This document shows positions 1-8,788 of a stretch of 64,000 nucleotides of DNA, one piece after another. The notes under the pieces are model-generated. The model saw nothing but the letters and a program-made list of their open reading frames with translations, ran no database searches and had not been told where the DNA came from. The DNA is from an uncultured Bacteroidales bacterium (GTDB lineage Bacteria > Bacteroidota > Bacteroidia > Bacteroidales > PUMT01). The translations under genes were made by a program, and so were the position numbers. How positions within the stretch are numbered: position 1 is the first letter of the stretch; the number at the start of each line of letters is the position of its first letter. The stretch covers positions 70,524-134,523 of the forward strand of contig CAYQXY010000001.1 of assembly GCA_964421595.1 (NCBI GenBank), given 5' to 3'.

Positions 1-2131
1 CAGGATATTCAAACAGGTTCTGCCGTGTTTCAGTCTCCGACAGAGAATAGCCCCATATACTCTGGTATTCATCAACATTCTCACCCATATCTCCCAGCTG
101 GTTAAGATATTCGCCAATTGGTTTACTTTCTATGATGATCATTTTACCAAGTCTATTGATAATCGGACTATGCCAGCGTTTATGGTCGTGGTCAAATTCC
201 AGAATTCTCCTGCCCCATCGGGTAATTCCGATTGTCCTGAAAGTCATACTCTTTCCAACTGCCGGAAGATTAATCACATTCCTGTCTGAAGCCAGAAATG
301 GTACACCTGCCTCCTCCCTCAAATTGCGTATATTTTCAACCATCTTTTCTGCATCGTCGGAAAAATTCTTAATTCTCTCATTAAACTCCTCCTTAATCCG
401 GCCAATGTACTTTTCTTCTAACTGCTCCTGAACAGACCTTGCATTGGTTGCATAGTTAAAGGTATTTTCAAGAAAACCCTTAACAGAGAAAGTGTAATAA
501 GTTATTACGCCAATATCATTCAGGACCTTTCTGAGCATTGAACTGTGACCTCTGCGGGAAGCTGCTGTAGTAAACACAAGCTGGTTTGCGACTATCCAGC
601 CGGCAGATATCAGCCGCTGAACTGCAAGTTTTGATTCAGGAGTTACCTCCATGGGACTTTGAAAATGGGTTTGTATAACAAACTGTTTCATTCCTATTGC
701 TGATGCTTTGTTACGGAATTTATTAAGAATACTGATCAGCTCAGGTGTAACTCTTTGCGGGAGGTATGCAAGAATCCGCGTACCTAGCCTGATCCGTAAT
801 ATCTCAGCATACTTTTCACCGTCTTTCCTAAATTTGTTTGCCTCTCTTTTCCTGAGGGCCATTTCATAAACACCGTCAAGGATCTTTTCGAGTGATTTAT
901 CACGGCTCATTAGTGCATCTCCTCCAGTAATAAGGATATCCCGCAACTGACTGTCGTTTTCAAAATAATCAAGCAAGGACCTCAATTTACTGTCCCAGTT
1001 TTCATCAGGTTTGAGCTTATCAAGATTGAAATTGAGATTTCCTCTCTGGAAATCATACATCCGCTGACAGGATACACATAATCCACCACAAGCCCTGCCC
1101 ATTGTGTCTGGTATCATTATAGCCACTTCCGGATATCTCCGGTGAACATTTCTGAGAGAGGGCAATATCCATCCGGCAGCATTTGGCTTTCCGGATTGAA
1201 CCTTATCTTCTTTTTCCCAGGCTTCAATTTGTCCGAACTGTTCAATCAATGACTTGCTGTAAATAACATAATGCCGTATAGCAAGGTCCGCTCCGGCGGC
1301 AAAATCGAGGGTGCTGGTACTAAGCAGTGAAATATAATAGGGATTGACAAAGAAAGGTATACCTTTCTTCTCTGCCTTATTTAGCAACTTCATGGTATCC
1401 AGGTCGAGCGAATAATCGAGCAATTCATTAAGCAGATCAGGCGACCGGACTGCAAAATGAAGGTGGAACATATGGTCGTTCCACCATTCCCTTACCTGAT
1501 CAATTTTCTCATCCCGGGTTGCACCTTCACGAAAAGAATATTTGTTGTCACCCTCACAGATCCCTATCCTTTCAGCCAGGATACTGATGATCCTTTCCTT
1601 GTTAGTTTCCCTGATCCTGATTATTTCTTCCTGAAGGCCATGCCTCCAGCGATTCATCCATTCGTCTACAGTTTTCCTGTCAGGCTTCTCGCCTGAAACC
1701 CGATCTGTAAACTGACGAAAAAGATGTATCATATCTTCGAAAAACAATGGTTTTGAACCGCCACTTCCCTTTTTCACACCCAGCCACAGGAAGTTGAAAG
1801 GATCATTCATCATTTTCTCTCCTCCCCTGTGCGGGTTGATAAATTCACGGCCGGCATTATCAAGGTAGTCAAGAATGCGAATGGCTGCAATGTCTTTCCA
1901 TCGCAAACCAGCATATGTTTCAGGGGACGTTTTTTCTTTATTGTAATATTTTCTTGCAGCTTCATTGTCCGCAATGACTTCTTCCGCCCACTCCCTTATC
2001 AGTTTCCATGCCTCTTCTTCCGATCCGGACTGACTAAAAATGCTTTCAAGTCGTGGATTCTCTCTCAGCAGCTTCCTCAGGAGTGTTGCAGACTTAACAG
2101 ACAGGGCTATTTTTTCAGGAAGATATTGCAT
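1..2131 (-). CDS. KamA-family (lysine 2,3-aminomutase-like) radical SAM protein, long form; 3' end runs off the window
   Basis: Hand translation of the minus strand from the ATG (reverse complement of 2129-2131) gives MQYLPEKIALSVKS... and stays open to position 1 (>700 codons). It contains CGGLCVSCQRMY (CxxxCxxC) followed by ITGGDALM, the KamA-type core, after an N-terminal extension of roughly 290 aa. It is absent from the ORF track because it is truncated. Confidence 0.75.
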   Translation of the reverse strand, partial: MQYLPEKIALSVKSATLLRKLLRENPRLESIFSQSGSEEEAWKLIREWAEEVIADNEAARKYYNKEKTSPETYAGLRWKDIAAIRILDYLDNAGREFINPHRGGEKMMNDPFNFLWLGVKKGSGGSKPLFFEDMIHLFRQFTDRVSGEKPDRKTVDEWMNRWRHGLQEEIIRIRETNKERIISILAERIGICEGDNKYSFREGATRDEKIDQVREWWNDHMFHLHFAVRSPDLLNELLDYSLDLDTMKLLNKAEKKGIPFFVNPYYISLLSTSTLDFAAGADLAIRHYVIYSKSLIEQFGQIEAWEKEDKVQSGKPNAAGWILPSLRNVHRRYPEVAIMIPDTMGRACGGLCVSCQRMYDFQRGNLNFNLDKLKPDENWDSKLRSLLDYFENDSQLRDILITGGDALMSRDKSLEKILDGVYEMALRKREANKFRKDGEKYAEILRIRLGTRILAYLPQRVTPELISILNKFRNKASAIGMKQFVIQTHFQSPMEVTPESKLAVQRLISAGWIVANQLVFTTAASRRGHSSMLRKVLNDIGVITYYTFSVKGFLENTFNYATNARSVQEQLEEKYIGRIKEEFNERIKNFSDDAEKMVENIRNLREEAGVPFLASDRNVINLPAVGKSMTFRTIGITRWGRRILEFDHDHKRWHSPIINRLGKMIIIESKPIGEYLNQLGDMGENVDEYQSIWGYSLSETETRQNLFEYP

Positions 2132-2511
2132 TACACATAAAATTTAGAGATAAACATTTACTGGACTACAGGCAAATCAGGGATTAAATTTTTTCGTACG
2201 GGAAAAATGTATCCACCTGTATTCCGGTTTGCCGGAAAATTTAATGAAACCCTTATTTTCCGGGACTTTAACCGCTAAGATACAAAACCCCTCAAATTAA
2301 AAATGTGTTATATATCATGTAGAAAAATAAGCGAAAATTGTTACTATAAAAAAATTCATTAAACTGTGATCCCCTGCCTTTGATTTAACAAATAACAGCC
2401 TGATCATTCTGGTATAACTCACTGGATATTCGTAATTTGATTACATTTACAAACTTTAGGGAATAAGTTTGATTAAAAATGTAATTTAGCAGTAACCGGA
2501 ACTTTGAAATT

Positions 2512-3744
2512 ATGTTAAAAAAAGGTAAAGAAAGTAAACCTCATATTGGTATATACGGCCGACGGAACAATGGAAAAAGCTCACTGATCAACCTGCTGGC
2601 CGGACATAGCATTGCTATTGTGTCAGAAATCCCCGGAACAACGACCGATCCGGTAAAGAAATCCTTTGAGATCACAGGCTTCGGACCGGTTGTTTTGATA
2701 GACACTGCAGGATCTGATGATACAGGGCAGCTTGGTGACATGCGTACATCCAAAACGATGGAAACTCTCAACAACGTAGACCTTGCCATCCTGGTTATAG
2801 CACAAAACAGTTTTGGAGAACCAGAGAAAAAGCTTATTAGTGTATTTAAGAACCTCGATCTTCCATATATTATTGTTCATAACAAATCAGACATTGAAAA
2901 ACTTAGCAAAGAGAAATACAATGAGATAGTCGTTGAAACAGGCGTAAGAATTCTTGAAATAAGCAGCCTTTCAGGGGAATATCCCGAAGAGGTCATCTCT
3001 GCCATAAGAAACACCATACCCGAATCGGCACTAAAAGTTCCCGGACTAACAGGCGATCTGCTAAGCTATGGTGACATAGTGCTGTTAATAACCCCGATAG
3101 ATGTCCAGGCGCCCGCCGGGCGCCTTATCCTGCCACAGGTACAGGCTATTCGCGACATACTTGACAATGACTCCATTGCTATTGTATTAAAAGAAAAAGA
3201 AGTCGATGGGTTCCTGAGAAAAACAGGAATCAGGCCGAAGCTTGCCATAACCGACAGCCAGATCTTTATAAAAGCCGATGCTTCAATACCCGATGATATT
3301 CCATTGACCAGCTTCAGTATTATCCTGGCCAGGCAAAAGGGAGATTTTGAAAGATACCTGGAGGGAACACCAAAAATCTCCGAATTAAAAAACGGCGACA
3401 GGATTCTGATCCTCGAATCATGCACCCATCATGTATCGTGCGATGATATCGGCAGGGTAAAGATACCCCGGTGGATCAGCAACTTCACAGGGAAAAAGCT
3501 TGATTACGACACTGTCGGGGGCCTCGGAAACCTTCCCAGGCCGATAACCGATTATTCATTGGTGATCCAGTGCGGTGCCTGCATGATTACAAGAAGGCAA
3601 CTTATCAACAGGTTAAAACCAGCCATTGATGCGGGTGTTCCCGTCACTAATTACGGCATGGCAATTGCCTGGGTACAGGGTATCTATAAAAGGGCTGTAG
3701 CCCCTTTTGTTGACCGGGAAAGCAGTTCAGAGAATTATCTTTAA
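2512..3744 (+). CDS. hydF: [FeFe]-hydrogenase H-cluster maturation GTPase HydF
   Basis: 410 aa. The N-terminal GTPase has GRRNNGKSSLINLL (P-loop), GTTTDPV and DTAG. The C-terminal FeS-binding pattern is CTHHVSCDDIGRVKIPRW ... QCGACM, as in HydF. Confidence 0.85.
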   Translation: MLKKGKESKPHIGIYGRRNNGKSSLINLLAGHSIAIVSEIPGTTTDPVKKSFEITGFGPVVLIDTAGSDDTGQLGDMRTSKTMETLNNVDLAILVIAQNSFGEPEKKLISVFKNLDLPYIIVHNKSDIEKLSKEKYNEIVVETGVRILEISSLSGEYPEEVISAIRNTIPESALKVPGLTGDLLSYGDIVLLITPIDVQAPAGRLILPQVQAIRDILDNDSIAIVLKEKEVDGFLRKTGIRPKLAITDSQIFIKADASIPDDIPLTSFSIILARQKGDFERYLEGTPKISELKNGDRILILESCTHHVSCDDIGRVKIPRWISNFTGKKLDYDTVGGLGNLPRPITDYSLVIQCGACMITRRQLINRLKPAIDAGVPVTNYGMAIAWVQGIYKRAVAPFVDRESSSENYL

Positions 3745-3748
3745 TTCT

Positions 3749-3964
3749 TTTACTTTTTTTCAACAGCAAAAAAAAGTAACAAAAAAATGCCGCGCTGACG
3801 GAATAAGGCTAAAAATCAGTGTTTTTTTCTAAAAACCGTGAACTCGCTGCGCTCAAACAGCACGGTTTTCTTAACGAAAAAAACACTGATTTTTTTGACG
3901 CCTTTTTCCTAGGCGGAATGCACCCAACTGATCAAAAGAAGTGAGAAGTTGAAAAAAAGTAAGT
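3749..3964. repeat. Nested inverted-repeat (long hairpin) element in the hydF 3' intergenic region
   Basis: There are three nested arm pairs. Outer: TTACTTTTTTTCAAC (3750-3764) with GTTGAAAAAAAGTAA (3949-3962). Middle: GGAATAAGGC (3800-3809) with GCCTTTTTCC (3900-3909). Inner near-perfect: AAAAATCAGTGTTTTTTT (3811-3828) with AAAAAAACACTGATTTTT (3878-3895), plus AAAACCGTG (3832-3840) with CACGGTTTT (3861-3869). Confidence 0.55.
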
Positions 3965-3984
3965 ATAAATAATTTAAAAAAGCA

Positions 3985-4012
3985 AAGGGGAAGCACTTGC
4001 GCGCTTACCCCT
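3985..4012 (-). terminator. Candidate intrinsic terminator for the 4153-5319 gene
   Basis: A 10-bp stem, AAGGGGAAGC / GCTT(A)CCCCTT, with one bulge and a 7-nt loop. On the minus strand it is followed by a T-rich run (plus-strand AAAAAA at 3975-3981). Confidence 0.45.
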
Positions 4013-4025
4013 TAAACCCTGGCTA

Positions 4026-4058
4026 CCTAACCTAACCTAAACCTAAACCTAAACCTAA
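4026..4058. repeat. Microsatellite (CCTAA)3(ACCTAA)3
   Basis: Direct reading gives cctaa cctaa cctaa acctaa acctaa acctaa. Degenerate AACCTAAAA copies continue to about 4100. Confidence 0.85.
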
Positions 4059-4152
4059 AACTTAATAATTAAAACTTGTAATTAACCATAAAACCTAAAA
4101 CCATTAATCTTATATATTGCTGAACCTCAAACTAAATAATCTAAATCAGGTA

Positions 4153-5319
4153 CTACCAAAACCTTAAACCTGCGTTCAGTCCAATCCAGATTTTTGTGTC
4201 GGCCCTGCTTCCTTCATACTCAACTATATGATATGGTGCCGGATCTATCAACCCTGATTCTCCATTATTCTTTCCGGAAACCAGGACATTCAAAACCGGT
4301 CCTGCAAAAATCTGCCATCTCTCATCAATATCCCTGGCATAACTTACCTTAAGCTGGTTAAGCAAGGTTAAACGTTCACTCCTCCACAATTTTTGCTTCA
4401 CTAAATTCTGTGATCCAATTTCGATATTCAAATAACGACTATCCGACATATAGAATTCCGAACCAATACCGTATCCGTAAGAATAAACAGAATTATCGCC
4501 AATAAATTGGGCGCCCATTGTTAAAAAATTATAAAATCTTCTTACACCTAATTTAAATCCGATATTAAGGTTCATGACATCCCCGCCTGAAAGTTCAAAC
4601 TTTTTATATCCGCCTCGCTTAACTACACTGATGAATCCGACAGGAATTCCATCAATTGTATCGGCTACGTTTATAAAGCCCAGTTGCATTCCTTTTATTC
4701 TCCCTGCCACATTTATGAACCCGGCCAGCTGTACTCCCTCTGCTTCACTGGCTATATTAGCAAAACCTGCTGCCTGTAATCCATTCATTTTTCCTCCGGT
4801 AACGTTTACAAAGCCGGCTGCCTGCAAAACTTCCGCATCACCTGAAACAACATTTGCAAATCCTGAAGCCTGTGCACCATTAATATTCCCGTTTATTACA
4901 TTAGTGAATCCGGAAGCCTGAAAAATTTTTGCACTGTTATTAACCACATTGATGAAACCTGCTCCCTGGAAACCATTTGTGTAGGAATTATTTACATTGA
5001 AAAAGCCGGCAAGTTGTATACCATCAGTATTTCCATTGACAATATTGCCAAAGCCCGAGCCCTGCAGCCCTTTCATAGTATACCTGTTAATATTGACCAG
5101 ACCGCCTAATTCTATTCCGTCAACACCACCGGTTATTCCTGCTAATAAATTCAGCGAGATATTGTAGATATAATTATGAGAATAGGCACCCTCAGTCCCC
5201 ACATACGGAAAAACACTCAGTTGAAAGTTTCTTTTCTCAACAGTACTATCAGGGTTGGCAGCAGTTGAATTTAAAGTCCAGAAAAGGCAAAAAATAAAAA
5301 TCAGAAAAAGTCTTAACAT
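4153..5319 (-). CDS. Secreted or outer-membrane repeat protein (about nine ~20-aa G-x-Q-x-[AS]-G-F-x-N-[VI] repeats plus a beta-barrel-like C-terminal domain)
   Basis: 388 aa with signal peptide MLRLFLIFIFCLFWTLNSTAA. The motif recurs as LQGSGFGNIV, IQLAGFFNVN, FQGAGFINVV, FQASGFTNVI, AQASGFANVV, LQAAGFVNVT, LQAAGFANIA, VQLAGFINVA and MQLGFINVA. The C-terminus ends in an aromatic residue (...GLRFW), as is typical of OMP barrels. Confidence 0.6.
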   Translation of the reverse strand: MLRLFLIFIFCLFWTLNSTAANPDSTVEKRNFQLSVFPYVGTEGAYSHNYIYNISLNLLAGITGGVDGIELGGLVNINRYTMKGLQGSGFGNIVNGNTDGIQLAGFFNVNNSYTNGFQGAGFINVVNNSAKIFQASGFTNVINGNINGAQASGFANVVSGDAEVLQAAGFVNVTGGKMNGLQAAGFANIASEAEGVQLAGFINVAGRIKGMQLGFINVADTIDGIPVGFISVVKRGGYKKFELSGGDVMNLNIGFKLGVRRFYNFLTMGAQFIGDNSVYSYGYGIGSEFYMSDSRYLNIEIGSQNLVKQKLWRSERLTLLNQLKVSYARDIDERWQIFAGPVLNVLVSGKNNGESGLIDPAPYHIVEYEGSRADTKIWIGLNAGLRFW

Positions 5320-5465
5320 TTTGTTTTATTTTAATAATTATCAATTCAACCAGGACAAACAAGTAATATACCATTATTGGTAATATACTCATTATCTTGA
5401 ATTAAGCTGAATTCACAGCAGGCATACCTCTGTACGGATACGTACATAAAGCGTGCAGGTAAATT

Positions 5466-6992
5466 CTAAAACTGGAAATAAATGAAGGGCTGTATTCCGG
5501 CCGACCTGAACTGATAGAATAAAAAAACCATAAGAACCGCAAACACAATTTTAACCAGAATGTGAGTCCGGATATATATCCCCCTGTACCATTCCTTGAA
5601 ACCGGCAGGCAACCAGTGAACTACCAGGGCAAAAAGCATAAGTAAAAAGACACTGCTGTATGCATACAATATTTGCGGAACAAATTCAATACCGAATTCA
5701 TTCCATATCCTGTTCATCATAACAAAAGCTGATGATATGCTTTCAGACCTGAAAAACAACCAGGTAAATGACACAAACTGGAAAGTGATAAAAACTGAAA
5801 AAAACCTGCTCATGGTAGTTTCGCGCTGTGATATCCGTTTTTTTCCACGAAAGTGATCAGTACTGAATTTATGAGCTGCAAGAGCAATGCCATGTAATCC
5901 GCCCCAGATGATGAACCGTAAACTCGCCCCGTGCCAAAGGCCGCCAAGGATCATGGTAACCAGAAGATTTGCATATGTCCTCAATGACCCTCTGCGATTT
6001 CCACCCAAAGGTATATACAGGTAATCACGGAGCCAGGAAGAAAGTGAAATATGCCACCGACGCCAGAAGTCCGCTATATTATCAGCCTTATAGGGAGAAT
6101 TGAAATTGACCGGTAATTTAAAACCGAGCAGCAGAGCAACACCGATTGCTATGTCAGTATAGCCTGAAAAATCGCAATAGATCTGAACTGAATATCCATA
6201 AACTGCCATCAGATTTTCAAATCCGGTAAATGAGGCAGGATTATTGAAAACCATATCAACATAATTAGCCGAGATATAGTCAGATATAAGGATCTTTTTC
6301 ACAAGTCCGCTCATAATCAAAAACCAGGCATGTCCCATTTCCTGGATGCTCAGTCGGAACGAAGTATAAAGCTGAGGAATGAATTCAGATGCCCTCACAA
6401 TCGGGCCGGCAACTAGCTGGGGAAAAAATGAAACATAAAAACCAAAATCGACGATATTGCCGACTGGTTTGAGTTTTTGCCTGTAAACATCAACCGTATA
6501 ACTGATAGTCTGAAATGTATAGAATGAAATACCCACCGGAAGAATGATTACGGATATGTCTGCAGTGCCTCCCATATACTGGTTGTACAATAATGACGGA
6601 TAGTTAATCACCGCCAGATCCAGTCCGGTAATCTGATTAAAAAAGCCTGTAAGAAAATAGGCATATTTGAACCATGCAAGAAGTCCGAGATTAAATGTAA
6701 CACTCACCACCAGAAACAGCTTTTTTAAAAAGCCTGTCCTTGCCCTGTAAATCAAATGCCCCAGGGTAAAATCTGCAATGGTTGAAATGATTAGCAGTGA
6801 AAAAAAGTATCCTCCCGACTTATAATAGAAAAAAAGGCTCATAATGAGCAGATAGGCATTACGCCAGGGATTCTTCTTATAGATCAGGCTGTAAAACAAA
6901 AGCAAAACCAGAAAGAAGCCCCAGAAATAAATCCGGGTAAATAGCAGCGGTGCATCTTCGGAATAAGTAAAAATGCCGGGAAAAAGATCCAT
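5466..6992 (-). CDS. MBOAT-family membrane O-acyltransferase (AlgI/PatA/DltB-like)
   Basis: 508 aa and polytopic. It carries the hallmark FWRRWHISLSSWLRDYLYIPLGGNRRG and the conserved His in GGLWHGAS. Confidence 0.85.
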   Translation of the reverse strand: MDLFPGIFTYSEDAPLLFTRIYFWGFFLVLLLFYSLIYKKNPWRNAYLLIMSLFFYYKSGGYFFSLLIISTIADFTLGHLIYRARTGFLKKLFLVVSVTFNLGLLAWFKYAYFLTGFFNQITGLDLAVINYPSLLYNQYMGGTADISVIILPVGISFYTFQTISYTVDVYRQKLKPVGNIVDFGFYVSFFPQLVAGPIVRASEFIPQLYTSFRLSIQEMGHAWFLIMSGLVKKILISDYISANYVDMVFNNPASFTGFENLMAVYGYSVQIYCDFSGYTDIAIGVALLLGFKLPVNFNSPYKADNIADFWRRWHISLSSWLRDYLYIPLGGNRRGSLRTYANLLVTMILGGLWHGASLRFIIWGGLHGIALAAHKFSTDHFRGKKRISQRETTMSRFFSVFITFQFVSFTWLFFRSESISSAFVMMNRIWNEFGIEFVPQILYAYSSVFLLMLFALVVHWLPAGFKEWYRGIYIRTHILVKIVFAVLMVFLFYQFRSAGIQPFIYFQF

Positions 6993-7120
6993 CCGAATTT
7001 TTTAGAAGTTATTAACCTGGTTTTAAGCCATATTCACCAACAAAAGTGGTTACCACACATGGATCAACATTGGTCTTATGTCACTTGCTGTGGCCCTGGT
7101 TCATGGGTGATTAATCCGAA
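6993..7120 (-). repeat. Partial copy (a) of the GATC-hairpin/ATTCGG upstream cassette, plus an inverted second core
   Basis: In gene sense the region reads ...TGTTGATCCATGTGTGGTAACCAC...AAAAAATTCGG-ATG (MBOAT start). A second core, TTCATGGGTGATTAATCCGAAAG, lies at 7100-7120 in the opposite orientation. Confidence 0.5.
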
Positions 7121-7244
7121 AGAATATCAGTTTTCTATCGAATGACCAATTTACTAATTTTGTTTAATATGACCGTAAAAAAAGGGTGCTCAGTGTACTG
7201 GCTGGATCAGTGGAAGTCACAACAAAAAGCAGATTTTCTGAGAA

Positions 7245-8750
7245 TTACTGTTTTTGAAGATCCAGGTATTTATTATATTCTTCTGCAATAGCACTATATA
7301 TTAAATCACCTACAAGAGCAGATCCTCTGAAAGTAAAGTGAATATAGTCAGGCTGTCCTAAAGACGGATCGGCCATGACCCATGAAGGCATGGAATTTTG
7401 CCCTCCCATTGCAGCAAAAAGATCCCAGAACGGAAACCCTGCACCAAACGCAGCGTTCCTCTGGGCGTCCCTTATTAGCCCTATATTCGGATATGATTCA
7501 AATTGCCCTCCTGGAATACGTCTTGACATATCTGACACACCTATTACTATGATACACAAATCCGGGCCCACAGATTTAAAAAACTGCAACTGCCTTAAAA
7601 GTGCTCTTTCATAATATGAATAGTCATCAACAATATTGGGTACTACATTTACCCCGAACTGCAACAAAACAAGTCTGACATTAAGAACTTCAAGCATCCT
7701 TTTCAACAATCGTTCATCTGTTTCTGAAAACTCCAGTCCACTGCTCCCACGCATAGCAATGTTATCAACTGCAACTCCTGAAGTATCGTCAAGCATAACC
7801 GAATATATTTCAGGACTGCCTTCGCCATTTATCCTGACAGTATATTCACCCGAACTCTCCGGCAATGTCATTCCGATCCATCTTAGAGAATCGGAAGGAA
7901 AAAAAAGCTCTGCTTCAATTGTTTCGCCTGCCCGAAGCAGTTCCATAAGAAATGGGGAATTTGTATTCCCGAAAAATATACTGAGCTGGTTCATATTGCG
8001 GGACCGGGCACTTCCGTAGTTAGTCGACCTGATACTGAATGTACCTCTTATATCAGGGGCTCCATCAGGTTGTGCGATTGAAGAGAATGACATGAGCAGA
8101 CCATAGCGGTTATGTCCGGGATTTCTGCTTCCTCTGTCAAGAGGCGTAAAACGCTCCCATCTGCCGGAGGTCTGCACCTGGATCGAAGCACTATGCGGCA
8201 CCGGTGATACAACAGGGAACATGCCGATCCCGCTCCCACCGAATCTGGCCTGGAACCGGTTCCTAAGGGTAGAACTTATCCTGTTGTTTTCTATCTGGGA
8301 ATCGCCATAATGAAGGATCCTGAGCAAATTTCCCCTTTCTCCGGCTTTATCAAGATGTCTGAAAAAGGAATACATTACGGTATCATTACTGTCGGGAAAT
8401 TCGAGTGGAACGACTAATTTTCTCAACTCCTGTTCGTCAGTTGGAATTGTAACCTGATTATACTCATAAAGGCTGTCATTGACCGGCTCTTCAGTAGTAC
8501 CTTCAACTGTATCCTGTACAGGATAAGCAGGCGGGTCATCCTTATCAGTCCAGGCATCAAGCAGATCGGTAATATCGGCGTATTCAGGATCATCAGATTT
8601 TAATATACTGCCCGGATCGGGGAAATACAAATAAAAATCTTTCCCCAGGCGTATACCATTTTGAGGAAAGATAATTGAAATTACTGAAAGTAAGCCCAGG
8701 ATAGCAAGAAGGAATAAAAAAATGTGAAAAGGTCTGATACCCTGTTTCAT
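7245..8750 (-). CDS. SGNH/GDSL-like hydrolase or acyltransferase, probable periplasmic partner of the MBOAT protein
   Basis: 501 aa with an N-terminal membrane anchor. Block I is HYGDSQ and block V is DYIH (DxxH). It sits directly upstream of the MBOAT gene on the same strand. Confidence 0.6.
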   Translation of the reverse strand: MKQGIRPFHIFLFLLAILGLLSVISIIFPQNGIRLGKDFYLYFPDPGSILKSDDPEYADITDLLDAWTDKDDPPAYPVQDTVEGTTEEPVNDSLYEYNQVTIPTDEQELRKLVVPLEFPDSNDTVMYSFFRHLDKAGERGNLLRILHYGDSQIENNRISSTLRNRFQARFGGSGIGMFPVVSPVPHSASIQVQTSGRWERFTPLDRGSRNPGHNRYGLLMSFSSIAQPDGAPDIRGTFSIRSTNYGSARSRNMNQLSIFFGNTNSPFLMELLRAGETIEAELFFPSDSLRWIGMTLPESSGEYTVRINGEGSPEIYSVMLDDTSGVAVDNIAMRGSSGLEFSETDERLLKRMLEVLNVRLVLLQFGVNVVPNIVDDYSYYERALLRQLQFFKSVGPDLCIIVIGVSDMSRRIPGGQFESYPNIGLIRDAQRNAAFGAGFPFWDLFAAMGGQNSMPSWVMADPSLGQPDYIHFTFRGSALVGDLIYSAIAEEYNKYLDLQKQ

Positions 8751-8788
8751 TCTTTTTTAGGCAAATCAATAAACATTATCCCTTACCT

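Noticed and set aside
4021-4110. Possible CRISPR array or telomere-like repeat
   Set aside because: The units are 5-6 nt, contiguous and without spacers, and no cas genes are in the window. It is a microsatellite, not a CRISPR array.
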